Source: Sedimentisphaerales bacterium
Lineage (GTDB): Bacteria > Planctomycetota > Phycisphaerae > Sedimentisphaerales > Anaerobacaceae
Length of the DNA stretch: 64,000 bases
Direction of reading: 5' to 3'
Assembly (NCBI GenBank): GCA_963708075.1
Contig: OY970194.1
Span: forward strand, 4,672,001 to 4,736,000
Shown here: positions 40,972 through 51,826 of the stretch, one piece after another
Position numbering within the stretch: position 1 is the stretch's first letter
Layout: each line of letters begins with the position of its first letter
Program-made: the position numbers and the translations under genes
The notes under the pieces: generated by a model
Told to the model about the DNA's origin: nothing
Databases searched by the model: none
What the model saw: only the letters and a program-made list of their open reading frames with translations

Positions 40972-42540
40972 ATGTCTGGAGAAAAGGTAGTCATCTTTGA
41001 TACGACGTTACGCGATGGCGAGCAGTCGCCTGGGGCGGCCATGTCGATCCCGCAGAAGCTCGAGATCGCCCGGCAGCTTGCGGTGCTCGGCGTGGACATC
41101 ATCGAGGCGGGGTTCCCGATCTCGTCGCCCGCGCAGTTCGAGGCCACGAAGCTCGTCGCCGAGCAGGTGAAAGGCCCGGTGATCGCGGCCCTGGCCCGCG
41201 CCAACAGCGTCGATATCGAGGCGGCGGGCAAGGCCATCGCCCCGGCGAAGAAGAAACGCATCCACACGTTCATCGCGACCTCGCCGATCCACATGAAGCA
41301 CAAGCTCAAGAAGGAGCCGGACCAGGTCTTGAAGATGGCGGTCGAGGCGGTCAAGTTCGCGCGGACCTTCACGGACGACGTGGAGTTCTCGCCGGAGGAC
41401 GCCTGCCGCAGCGAGATTCCGTTCCTCGTCGAGATCCTCGCGGCGGTGATCGAGGCCGGCGCCACCACGCTGAATATCCCGGACACAGTCGGCTACGTGC
41501 TGCCGTATGAGTACGGCCAGCTCATCGCCAAGCTCAAGAGCGACGTGCCGGGTATCGGCAAATGCGTCATCAGCACGCATTGCCACAACGATCTCGGCAT
41601 GGCGGTGGCGAACTCGCTGGCGGGCGTGCGAAACGGCGCCCGGCAGGTCGAATGCACGATCAACGGGCTCGGCGAGCGGGCGGGCAACGCGGCCCTCGAA
41701 GAGGTCGTCATGACGATCCGCACGCGGCAGGACTTCTTCGGCCATGCGGCCAAGGATGGACTCTCGACGAACATCAACACGAAGGAAATCTTCCGGACGA
41801 GCCAGCTCGTCTCGCAGATCGACCGGTTTCGTGATCCAGCCGAACAAGGCCATCGTCGGCGCGAACGCCTTCGCGCACGAGTCGGGCATCCACGTGGACG
41901 GCATGCTGAAGGAACGCGAAAACCTATGAGATCATGACGCCGGAGACGATCGGGCTGGTCGGCTCGCGCATGGTGCTCGGCCGCCACACGGGCCGGCACG
42001 GGTTCGCCGAACGCTGCAAGCAACTCGGCTACAAGCTCACGAAAGAGGAAATCGAGCAGGCGTACCAGCGATTCGTGGAGATCGCCGACAAGAAGAAGGA
42101 AGTGTTCGACGCGGACGTTGCCGCCATCGTCAACGACCAAATCCGCATCGTCGAGCAGGTGTACGTGCTGGATTACCTGCACGTCGCCTCGGGCACCGGG
42201 ACCCTGCCGACCGCCAGCGTGAAGATGCGCGTCAAGGGCGAGACGAAGATCGCGGTGGCGTTCGGCGACGGGCCGGTCGACGCTGCCTACGAGGCGATCC
42301 GCCAGGCGATCGGACCTGACGCCCAAGCTCGAAGAGTACTCGATCCGGGCGGTCACCAGCGGCACAGAAGCCTTGGGTGAGGCGACCGTCCGCATTCGCG
42401 AGGACAGCCGGACCTTCATCGGCCGCGGCGTATCCACCGACATCATCGAGGCCAGCGCCAAGGCCTACGTCGATGCGATCAACCGAATGGCCGCCGCCAA
42501 GACAAGAGGCGAAGAGGCGCAAGTTAAAGCTGAATTGTAA
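40972..42540 (+). CDS. leuA: 2-isopropylmalate synthase (frameshifted in this sequence)
   Basis: [51 protein letters not shown]. Confidence 0.93.
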
Positions 42541-42605
42541 AGAGAATCAAGTGCAAGAATCCAAGTGTAAGGTCACAATTCAAAACTCGAAGGCATCTAT
42601 GGATA

Positions 42606-43629
42606 ATGAATGATCAAGAGAAGGAGAGAAAGCACACATCACATGGAAAAGTGTCAATAGAGAAAGTAAACGGTTTACACACGGGATATGAGCGCAGAGA
42701 AAACATGAGATGGAAACCTTATATAGTGGGCCTCATTGACTTGCTGGGACAAAGTCGCAAGTTAAATGACCTGAGCGTGCTTTGGTGGAATAAGGATATC
42801 GCGCATAGCGCGATGGACGATAAGTCCGAGAGAATTCGTGAGCTTACAACAGCTACCTATGGCGAGGTGGAGTACTTGCGGGAGTTATTCCCTAAAACCG
42901 TTGGTACACTAGTTGGTACAGTAAAGGAGTATGCTCTCGAGAAGGCAGGGAAGTCTCAGCTTACAGAAAGTCAACAGGAGACGTTAACGAGAATGACCGC
43001 AAGCATATGCACGTTCCGCTCCTTCTCGGACATGGTTGTGTTCTGCGCACCTGTAGACTTGTCAGACGGGCTTGTTACACGCTTTCGGATAACTGCCATG
43101 CTACAAGCGTGTCTATCTCTTTTGCTTCTCGAGTTCAAAGCAGGCACTTTCTTTAGGGGTGGAATTGAAATAGAAATAGCGTGCGAGCTTAGTAATGGCG
43201 ATGTATATGGGCCTGCGCTAAGTGAAGCACATCGACTTGAGAAAGAAGTAGCCCAGTATCCAAGGGTCGTCATCGGACAGAGACTTAGCGAATTCGTCCG
43301 CTGCAAAGGACACGGATCAGATTCAGGAACATTTCGTGGCTTGTTACTAGCGGGAGTCAACCGCTTGTGCGAAGGATTGGTGTGCCGGGACGATGATGGC
43401 ACAATGATAGTTGACTATCTTGGCAAAACAGCTTCCGACTTAAGTCGGTTCAAGGGCAGCAAAGCGTCTGACTTTGTAAGAAGAGGCCTGTCGAGTATCG
43501 GGGACGAATTGGATGTGGCCAAGAAAGAGGGTAATGAGAAGTTGATAGAACGATATGAGAAATTACAGGCATACTACCAAAGCAGAATGAAGTTCTGGGA
43601 TGTGCAGAATGAAGTCCTGGGATGTGTAG
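42606..43629 (+). CDS. AT-rich class III nucleotidyl cyclase-like protein (reads through into leuC here; start 42606 or 42705)
   Basis: [39 protein letters not shown]; apparent original TAG at 43627-43629 is now out of frame. Confidence 0.55.
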
Positions 43630-43673
43630 TTAACTACTGCGGTACGAGCCGGGTAGAGATGAAGGATAGAACA

Positions 43674-44940
43674 ATGAGTATGACGATAACGGAAAAGATT
43701 CTGGCCCGGGCGGCGGGGGTGAAGACGGTCGTGCCGGGACAGTTGGTGGATGCGAACATCGACGTGGTGATGTGTCACGATGTGACGACGCCGCCGGCGA
43801 TTTCGATGCTCGTGGAGAAGGGGATCGACCGCGTGTTCGATCCGGACAAGATCGTGGTGACGCCGGACCATTTCCAGCCGGCCAAGGACGTCCAGAGCGC
43901 CGAGCTGCACAAGCGGCTGGACGCATGGGCCAAGCGGCACGGTCTTAAGCATTACTACAAGCTGGGCCGGGCGGGCGTCTGTCACGCGCTGCTGCCCGAG
44001 CAGGGCCACATCCGGCCGGGCGAGGTCATCGTGGGCGGCGACTCGCACACGTGCACCTACGGCGCCTTCGCGGCGTTCAGCACCGGCATCGGCTCGACCG
44101 ATCTGGCGGCGGCCATCGCCACGGGCAAGCTCTGGTTCAAGGTGCCCGGCGTCGATGAAGTTCGTGCTCAACGGCTCGCTGCCGCACGGCGTGTACAGCA
44201 AGGACGTGATCCTCGCCGTGATCGGGCGGATCGGCACGGACGGTGCGCTCTATCGGGCGATGGAGTTCGTCGGCCCGGCGCTGTCCGAGCATGTCGATGG
44301 AAGCCCGCATGACGATGACGAACATGGCCATCGAGGCCGGCGCCAAGAACGGCATCATCGGGTTCGACGAGGTGACCAAGGCGTATCTCGACGAACATCT
44401 CAAGGACAAGACCGACTACACTGTGTTCGAGTCGGACACGGACGCCGAGTACATCGCGACGGAAGAGTTCGACTGCTCGAAGCTGGAGCCGACGGTGGCG
44501 CTGCCGCACCTGCCGAGCAACGCGGTGCCGATCAGCCAGTGCGCGGGCAAGGCGATGGACCAGGCGTACATCGGCAGTTGCACGAACGGCCGGATCGAGG
44601 ACCTTCGCATCGCCGCCAAGATCATGAAGGGCAAACAAGTGGCGATCCGCACGATCGTCGTGCCCTCCACGCCCGAAGATCTGGAAGCAGGCGCCAAGAT
44701 GAAGGCTTGTTCAACGTCTTCTACGAGGCCGGCTGCGTGATCTCCGCCCCGACCTGCGGCGCGTGCCTCGGCGGCTTCATGGGCGTCCTGGCCGCTGGCG
44801 AAAAGTGCGTCAGCACGACCAACCGCAATTTCGTCGGCCGCATGGGCAGTCCCAAGAGCGAAGTCTACCTGGCCAGCCCCGCAACGGCGGCGGCCAGTGC
44901 TGTGGAAGGGAAACTGACAGACCCAAGAGAATACCTGTAG
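43674..44940 (+). CDS. leuC: 3-isopropylmalate dehydratase large subunit (frameshifted in this sequence)
   Basis: [47 protein letters not shown]. Confidence 0.93.
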
Positions 44941-44986
44941 GAAGAAAAGTACGAATATCGAAATACGAAATCCGAAACAAACCTGA

Positions 44987-45352
44987 ATGACGGAAACACG
45001 AAATCCAAAACAGTACGACCTGGAAGATCGAACGCTTGCGTTCGCACGCGATGTGCGTCAATTTGTTAAACAGTTGAAGCGGACGATAGCCAATATCGAG
45101 GACGGCAAGCAGCTCATCAGAGCGTCAGGTTCGGTCGGGGCTAATTACATCGAGGCCAATGAGGCTCTGAGCAAAAAGGATTTCCTTATGCGGATACGAA
45201 TATGCAGAAAGGAATCCAAAGAGAGCCGGTACTGGCTCAGACTCGTTGATACTTGTGAAGATCAGAAACGGGAAGTTCATAGGCAAGAACTGATACAGGA
45301 AGCCACGGAACTCATGAGCATCTTTGGCTCGATTATCCGCAAGAGCGAGTGA
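44987..45352 (+). CDS. Four-helix bundle protein (23S rRNA IVP / Avd-like family)
   Basis: YDLEDRT..FA, QLIRASGSVGANYIEA, SKKDF..RIRICRKESKESRYWL; AT-rich. Confidence 0.88.
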   Translation: MTETRNPKQYDLEDRTLAFARDVRQFVKQLKRTIANIEDGKQLIRASGSVGANYIEANEALSKKDFLMRIRICRKESKESRYWLRLVDTCEDQKREVHRQELIQEATELMSIFGSIIRKSE

Positions 45353-45453
45353 TGTTTGGGGCATTTTGTAATTGGAGTTTTGGGTATTGTTTCGAATTTC
45401 GATATTCGGATTTCGAATTTGAGATTCGAGTTTGAGAATTGATGAGGACGACT

Positions 45454-45939
45454 ATGTCAAAGGCACATGTCTATAAGCGCGATCACATCAATACCGACGA
45501 GATCATCCCGGCCCGGTATTTGAATACGGATAACGAGGCGGAGTTGGCCAAGCACTGCATGGAGGACTTGGACAAGGATTTCGTTAAGAAGGCCAAGCCC
45601 GGTGACGTGATTGTCGCAGGCGACGACTTCGGCTGCGGGTCCAGCCGGGAGCATGCGGTCTGGGCGATTCGCGGGGCGAAGGTGCAGACGGTCATCGCCC
45701 GGTCGTTCGCGCGGATCTTCTATCGCAACGCGATCGACTGCGGCTTCTACCTGATCGAGTCGGCGGACGCCGTGAACAAGATCAAGGACGGCGACGAGGT
45801 CGAGATCGACTACGACGCCGGCGTGATCAAGGACAAGACGAGCAAGACCAGGATCAAGTTCATGCCCCTGCCCGACTTCGCCCTGGAGATCATCCGCGAC
45901 GGCGGCTTGCTCGATCACATCATGAAGAAGAGTGTGTGA
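45454..45939 (+). CDS. leuD: 3-isopropylmalate dehydratase small subunit
   Basis: [36 protein letters not shown]. Confidence 0.93.
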   Translation: MSKAHVYKRDHINTDEIIPARYLNTDNEAELAKHCMEDLDKDFVKKAKPGDVIVAGDDFGCGSSREHAVWAIRGAKVQTVIARSFARIFYRNAIDCGFYLIESADAVNKIKDGDEVEIDYDAGVIKDKTSKTRIKFMPLPDFALEIIRDGGLLDHIMKKSV

Positions 45940-45958
45940 TGACCTGGAGGCGGAGCGA

Positions 45959-47473
45959 ATGAAAGGCAATCGCCTCAACAGGCGCGGATTCCTCAGGAGT
46001 CGCCGGTGCCACGGCGATCGCTGGGACTCTGGGCTTGCGTTGGTCTCCAGTCAGCAAGGTGGTGCGCCGCAGGCCGAACATCGTGTTCTTTCTCGTCGAT
46101 GATCTGGGCCGGCAGGACCTGGGCTGCTACGGCAGCACGTTCTACGAGACGCCCAACATCGACCGGCTGGCGGCGCAAGGGATGCGGTTCACGAATGCCT
46201 ACGCGGCCTGTCCCGTCTGCTCGCCGACGCGGGCCAGCATCATGACGGGCAAGTACCCGGCCCGGATCCGACTGACCAACTACATCGCGGGCGCTCGGCC
46301 CGGCAAGCTGCTCTCGGCGGAGTACTTCCACTATATGAAATTGGAGGAGGTGACGCTCGCCGAGGCGCTGAAGGAGGCGGGGTACAAAACGTGTTTCGTG
46401 GGCAAATGGCACCTGGGCGACGAGCCGTACTACCCCGAAAGGCAGGGCTTCGACGTCAACATCGCGGGCGACCAGCTCCGGCTCGCCGCCGACGTACTTC
46501 TATCCCTATACACGGGGCAAGCGCTCGATTCCGGGCCTGGAGGAGGGCAAGCCGGGCGAGTACCTGACGGACCGACTCACGGATGAATCGCTCAAGTTGA
46601 TCGAGCAGAGCAAAGGCGAGCCATTCCTGCTGTACCTGTCCTTCTACGCGGTCCACATCCCGCTGGAGGCCAAGAAGGAATTGGTGGAGAAGTACAAGGC
46701 CAAGGCCCAGCGTCTGGGGTTGGACGATGACCCGCACTTCCCGACCGGTGAAGACTGGCCCAAGACGGCAGCGGGGAACGAGAAGTGGCGCGCGACGCTC
46801 AAGACCCGCATCCTCCAGGACCACGCGGTTTACTCGGCCATGATGGAGAGCCTGGATGACAGCGTGGGTCGGGTGATGAAGAAGCTCGATGAGCTGGGGC
46901 TCGCGGACAGACACGATCGTCATCTTCATGTCCGACAATGGCGGCCTGTCGACGGCAGAGGGCCAGCCCACGTGCAACCTGCCCCTGCGGGCGGGCAAAG
47001 GCTGGCTCTACGAGGGCGGCATCCGCGAGCCGATGATGATCAAGTGGCCCGGCGTGGGCCGGGCGGGCAGCACCTGCGATGAGCCGGTGACCAGCACGGA
47101 CTTCTATCCGACGATGCTGGAGATGGCGGGCCTGCCGCTCAAGCCGGACCAGCACGTGGACGGCGAAAGCATGGTCCCGCTGCTCAAAGGCACGGGCAAG
47201 CAGCGGCGCAACGCCCTCTACTGGCACTACCCGCACTACAGCAACCAGGGCGGCAAGCCCGGCGGGGCCGTCCGCGTCGGCGATTTCAAGCTGATAGAAT
47301 CCTATGAAGACGACCGGGTCGAATTGTATAATCTGCGGGCCGATCTCGGCGAGCAGCACGACTTGGCCGCCGAAATGCCGGACAAGGCCGCCGAGCTGCG
47401 GCGAATGCTGCACGCATGGCGAAACGAAGTTGGAGCCGTGATGCCCCGGCCGAACCCGGATTGGAAAGAGTGA
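45959..47473 (+). CDS. Tat-exported Cys-type sulfatase (frameshifted in this sequence)
   Basis: NRRGFL twin-arginine signal, [40 protein letters not shown]. Confidence 0.88.
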
Positions 47474-47637
47474 CCCGTCTTGTCTGTCATTCCCGCGAGG
47501 GCGGGAATCCAGTGGACAGAGGGCTTGATAAATCCCTGTCTCCGGTCGGGTGACACGACCGGGCAGCAGCGGTAGGGTGTGCTCCGCACATCATTCTTCT
47601 AAGATTTGGGCAAGTGACAGAGAAAGGAAATGGTTGG

Positions 47638-48732
47638 ATGGCAAAGACGTACAAGATTGCAGTGATACCCGGGGATGGAACAGGGCCGGAAGTGATTGCG
47701 GAGGCGGTGAAGGTGTTGAAGGCCGCGGCGGGCAAGTTCAAGTTCAAGACGGACCTGACCACGTTCGACTTCGGCGGCGAGCGATACAAGCGAACGGGCG
47801 AGACGCTGCCCGATAGCGCGGTCGAGGAGCTTCGCAAGTTCGACGCGATCCTGCTCGGTGCGATCGGGCATCCGGATGTGGCGCCGGGGATTCTCGAAAA
47901 GGGCATCCTGTTGAAGGCTCGGTTCGAGCTGGACCAGTACATCAACCTGCGGCCGGTGCGGCTGTATCCCGGCGTCGAGACGCCGCTGAAGAACAAGGGC
48001 CCGCAGGACATCGATTTCGTCGTCGTCCGCGAGAATACCGGCGACGCCTACACCGGCACCGGCGGCGTCACGATGAAGGGCACGCCGAATGAAGTGGCCG
48101 TGCAGTCGGCGGTCTACACGCGATTCCAGGTGGATCGCTGCCTGAAGTACGCCTTCGAGTACGCCCGCAAGTTCGGCAAGAAGGCTCGCGGCCGGGGCGA
48201 GAAGAACACGCTGGCCCTGTGCGGCAAGACCAATGTCCTGACGTACATCTACGGCCTCTGGGAGCGGGCCTTCCACGAGATGGGCCAGGCCCAGTATCCC
48301 GACATCACCCGCGAGTATTACCACGTGGACGCGACCTGCATGTGGTTCGTGAAGAATCCCGAGTGGTTCGACGTGATCGTCACGGGCAACCTGTTCGGCG
48401 ACATCATCACGGACCTGGGCGCCATGATCCAGGGCGGCATGGGCATCGCCGCCGGCGGCAACATCAACCCCGATCAAGGCGGCGTCAGCATGTTCGAGCC
48501 CATCGGCGGCAGCGCCCCGAAGTACACCGGCAAGGGCGTGATCAACCCGCTGGCGGCGATCTGCGCAGCCCAGATGATGCTGGCCACGCTCGGCCAGGAG
48601 AAAGCCGCGAATACCATCGAGCAGGCCGTGATGTATGTCACGGCCAACAAGCTCAAGAGCCTCGCCGCCGGCAAGATGGGCTACTCGACCAGCCAGGTCG
48701 GCGACCTCGTCGCAGCCAGAGTCGTGGAATAA
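47638..48732 (+). CDS. leuB: 3-isopropylmalate dehydrogenase
   Basis: [38 protein letters not shown]; located in the leu cluster. Confidence 0.9.
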   Translation: MAKTYKIAVIPGDGTGPEVIAEAVKVLKAAAGKFKFKTDLTTFDFGGERYKRTGETLPDSAVEELRKFDAILLGAIGHPDVAPGILEKGILLKARFELDQYINLRPVRLYPGVETPLKNKGPQDIDFVVVRENTGDAYTGTGGVTMKGTPNEVAVQSAVYTRFQVDRCLKYAFEYARKFGKKARGRGEKNTLALCGKTNVLTYIYGLWERAFHEMGQAQYPDITREYYHVDATCMWFVKNPEWFDVIVTGNLFGDIITDLGAMIQGGMGIAAGGNINPDQGGVSMFEPIGGSAPKYTGKGVINPLAAICAAQMMLATLGQEKAANTIEQAVMYVTANKLKSLAAGKMGYSTSQVGDLVAARVVE

Positions 48733-48751
48733 GGCTACAGGATTATCCTCT

Positions 48752-48840
48752 GGGTGGCAGCGTCAAGCGCAGCTTGGCGATGGTTCTACAAGAGTACAGT
48801 GAGACCATCGCCAAGGCCTGCGGCCTTGACGCTGCCACCC
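48752..48840. repeat. Long palindromic REP-like element
   Basis: GGGTGGCAGCGTCAAG...CTTGACGCTGCCACCC with inner TTGGCGATGG / CCATCGCCAA. Confidence 0.85.
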
Positions 48841-48895
48841 GCGTCATTTCATCTTCCCACATGCGGATGCTTTCCACGGGCAGAACACTCGTGCT

Positions 48896-49567
48896 TCAGA
48901 TCTGGTCGAGAATCGTGACAGTGCCTTGGTCGCCGTCGATGCGGAGGAGTTGGCCGGTGCGGATGAATTTGGAGGCGGGGCCGACGTTGGCGACGGCGGG
49001 GATGCCGTACTCGCGAGCAATGATCAAGCCGTGCGAGAGGACGCCGCCCTGGTCCATGACCACGCCGGCCGCCGGTAGGAGATAGGGCGTCCACGCCGGA
49101 TCGGTGGACGGGGCCACCAGGATTTCGCCGGGCTCGACGTGCTCGTGGTCGTCCGCATGCAGGATCACTCGCGCCTTGCCCGTCACGGTTCCCGGGCTCA
49201 CGGCGATGTCCTTCAGTTCCTTCACGGTGGCATCAACTTGCGGCAGCACGTGCTTTTTCGGATCGAATCGACCCACGACGACAGGCGGTGGAGTAAACGT
49301 TTTGTTCCGCTCATATTCCGCGCGACGCTCTGTGATGCGCCGGTTCACATCGAAATCGACACGGCCTTCCACCAATGATGCAACTCGCGGGCGAAGGCCA
49401 TTTGTGTCAAGATGTTCTTTGAAAGCAAGCGTCGTCAGGAAGAAGCATGACGGGATCTTCACGCCAAGCCCGTGCAGCGTACACAGACTCACCGCCTTGG
49501 GGCCAATGAGAGGCTTGTACGACGCGGGCAGTCTTCGATCCAACCACAGAATCATTTTCTCGGACAT
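48896..49567 (-). CDS. PEP-utilising enzyme mobile (His swivel) domain protein, internally deleted
   Basis: N-terminal IGPKA..L..L...GVKIP..F.LTT.AF fragment joined to TDPAWTP and SHGLIIAREYGIPAV. Confidence 0.7.
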   Translation of the reverse strand: MSEKMILWLDRRLPASYKPLIGPKAVSLCTLHGLGVKIPSCFFLTTLAFKEHLDTNGLRPRVASLVEGRVDFDVNRRITERRAEYERNKTFTPPPVVVGRFDPKKHVLPQVDATVKELKDIAVSPGTVTGKARVILHADDHEHVEPGEILVAPSTDPAWTPYLLPAAGVVMDQGGVLSHGLIIAREYGIPAVANVGPASKFIRTGQLLRIDGDQGTVTILDQI

Positions 49568-49591
49568 ATCTACTCTTAGTACACCTGCCTT

Positions 49592-50899
49592 CTATCCGGC
49601 ATTCACGTCTTTGACGAAGTAGACAGCGTCCGCCTGGGCCGTGAGGTCGGTCGAGGCGTAGTGGCCCTCCATTAACCGGACATTGGCGCGGGACAGAATC
49701 GTCCTGGCTTGGGGATCGACGTCGCTCAGCGGTAAGAGAAATCGATCTCCCACCTGGGCCAGGAGCGACTCGACGGTATCGTCGCGCAGGCGCACGGTCC
49801 GGGGACCCTTGGGCGTCATCAACGATCCTTGGCCGTAAAGCATCCAGACGGACAAAACTTGTCCCGGGAAGCGCCGGTGCAAATGCGCGCCGACACTATC
49901 GCCCATATTCGTGGGCCAGCCGGCCAGCTTGAAGTACATCCTGTATCCCCAGGCGCCCAGCCATGACCGCAGGCCCCAGAAGCTGCTGAACTGGGGGTGG
50001 AAGTGCAGATTCACGGCATCTTTGGAGAGATGGACATTGTGGCCCAGGAGGATGAGCTTGTCGTCGCCGCTCAGCCCGTCTACTATCGCGTCGAGGGATT
50101 GCATCAGGAAATGCTCCCGCTGGGCCCACCACCGTCGACTGCCCCGGCGGTCCTGGTTCACGCGGGGCCTCTTCTCGGCGGCGACACTATCGTGCAGAAA
50201 GGCGAGCCACGATTGCAGTGGCCCGAACGTCCCTTCGGCCAGGATATCCGCGCAGGCACTCAGGTCGCTCTGGATGACCTCGATTTGAGCCAACTGCTCG
50301 TCCGTCGAGAGGCCCCGGAGCCTGTCGAGAGCGCTGAGCAACTCGTGGACTTGGCTGCCGGTATGACCTTCAAGGAGCCACTGGATCGGCCGGATGGCGG
50401 CCAGCGGCACGCCGAGGTCGAGATCGTAACCCCAGTAGTGCAGGCGGGGCGTGCCCGGCGCGCGGGACTCGCTGAGGCAACGAAGCTGTTCGTGAAAGGG
50501 GTTCTCGTGCGCGTCGATGAACTCCAAGATCTTGTCGTGGATGGCCAGATCCGTGGGACTGGGAGACTCGGCTCTCATGTCAGACAAGTAAGATGTGTCT
50601 CCGGTTTTCAGATAGCGGTCCACGCGCCAACCGACGGACCGTCCGGTTTCCATGCCGATGTGTCGCCAGCCGCGCCCAAACAGATGCCGTATCAGCATCA
50701 GGCGAAACGGGTACTTCTCGACGATGAAATGGTCTGGCTCGCCCAGGAACACGAACCGTTTATCCTCCAGCACCCGATCCAGTGCGGCCTGCGCACGTTC
50801 GCCGAGCGGTTCATCCTGCGATCCCGGTATAGGGACGGCAGACCGTCTGGCCCAGGCCAGGAAGGCTTCCCTCAGAGATGCCACCCTGTTCTTCAACAT
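49592..50899 (-). CDS. Erythromycin esterase-family protein
   Basis: VFLGEPDH, IGMETG, WGYD, ILLGHNVH. Confidence 0.65.
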   Translation of the reverse strand: MLKNRVASLREAFLAWARRSAVPIPGSQDEPLGERAQAALDRVLEDKRFVFLGEPDHFIVEKYPFRLMLIRHLFGRGWRHIGMETGRSVGWRVDRYLKTGDTSYLSDMRAESPSPTDLAIHDKILEFIDAHENPFHEQLRCLSESRAPGTPRLHYWGYDLDLGVPLAAIRPIQWLLEGHTGSQVHELLSALDRLRGLSTDEQLAQIEVIQSDLSACADILAEGTFGPLQSWLAFLHDSVAAEKRPRVNQDRRGSRRWWAQREHFLMQSLDAIVDGLSGDDKLILLGHNVHLSKDAVNLHFHPQFSSFWGLRSWLGAWGYRMYFKLAGWPTNMGDSVGAHLHRRFPGQVLSVWMLYGQGSLMTPKGPRTVRLRDDTVESLLAQVGDRFLLPLSDVDPQARTILSRANVRLMEGHYASTDLTAQADAVYFVKDVNAG

Positions 50900-51012
50900 A
50901 CCTCGTCATCCATAGAATACGACACGTGACGGCAGTATGACTCGGTAATGACACAATCAGGAAGACGGATGCCGGATGATTTCGTTACGTCCTCCGGCGC
51001 ATCCGTTGCGAT

Positions 51013-51816
51013 TCATGCTCCTTCTTTGAGGGCTTCGAACCAGGCAATGGATTTGTCGTTGTCTTGTCGCGCAATCGTGAAGCCACGGAATTGTCGGGCC
51101 AAGTCACCCACGGTGAAGAACGGAGGCGTGAAAAAGCCGTGGCGGATGGCAAATCGCCGAACAAACCAGTCGGAGAGCCTTCGGGCGCCTTGGATATAGC
51201 CGCAGGCAATCAGCGCCCCATCCTGGCGAAGGACCCGGTGCATCTCCGACGCCATGCCCTGCTTGTCGGCAAAGGCGTGCCAGCCGTTCATTGAGAGCAC
51301 CATGTCCACGGCCGCATCGCCGACAGGCAGGTGAGTTGCATCGGCTTTGATCAGATGGACATTGTTCACACCCTGCTCCCGAAAGCGAGCCCTTGCCTTT
51401 CGCAGCATGTTCATCGAGATGTCCACGCCTATGATCGTGGCCGAAGGGTAGCGGCTGTAGAGAGAGGCAGTGAACACCCCTGTTCCTACAGGCACATCCA
51501 ACAGAATGCCCTCAAATCGGTCCGGCAGGAGCGCCAACGCCTTTTCGATCGGGTCGCGGTCACTGGGGAACCCCCAGACGATCCTGCAAAGGACTTTCAT
51601 GGCGACCGTGGAGGAAAGCATATAGGAGTCGTAACGTGGCACAACCTTGTCATAGGCACTGGCGATCCTGTCGTTCCGCTCAGGACAGAAATCGACAATG
51701 CCGTCGATGACAGGATAAGTCACGTCTGCGTGCTCCACACGCAGGAACGAACGCGTCTCATCGAAACGAAGCCTGTTGCCTGTCTTCGGGCATCGAAGGA
51801 TGTCTGCCCAGTCCAT
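51013..51816 (-). CDS. Class I SAM methyltransferase with Trm112-like N-terminus
   Basis: ILRCPKTG...YPVIDGI; LLDVPVGTG, GVDIS, ADATHLP, EMHRVL. Confidence 0.85.
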   Translation of the reverse strand: MDWADILRCPKTGNRLRFDETRSFLRVEHADVTYPVIDGIVDFCPERNDRIASAYDKVVPRYDSYMLSSTVAMKVLCRIVWGFPSDRDPIEKALALLPDRFEGILLDVPVGTGVFTASLYSRYPSATIIGVDISMNMLRKARARFREQGVNNVHLIKADATHLPVGDAAVDMVLSMNGWHAFADKQGMASEMHRVLRQDGALIACGYIQGARRLSDWFVRRFAIRHGFFTPPFFTVGDLARQFRGFTIARQDNDKSIAWFEALKEGA

Positions 51817-51826
51817 CCGTTATCTC

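Noticed and set aside
44987..45352. Diversity-generating retroelement (Avd-like gene)
   Set aside because: No reverse transcriptase and no TR/VR pair with adenine-specific mismatches was seen in the window.
19954..47473. Pseudogenes or programmed frameshifts in thyA, ppiC, glyA, leuA, leuC and the sulfatase
   Set aside because: Many single-base indels cluster in patches across unrelated genes whose motifs and codon usage are otherwise intact, with no slippery-site pattern. They are most likely read or assembly errors; check by polishing.
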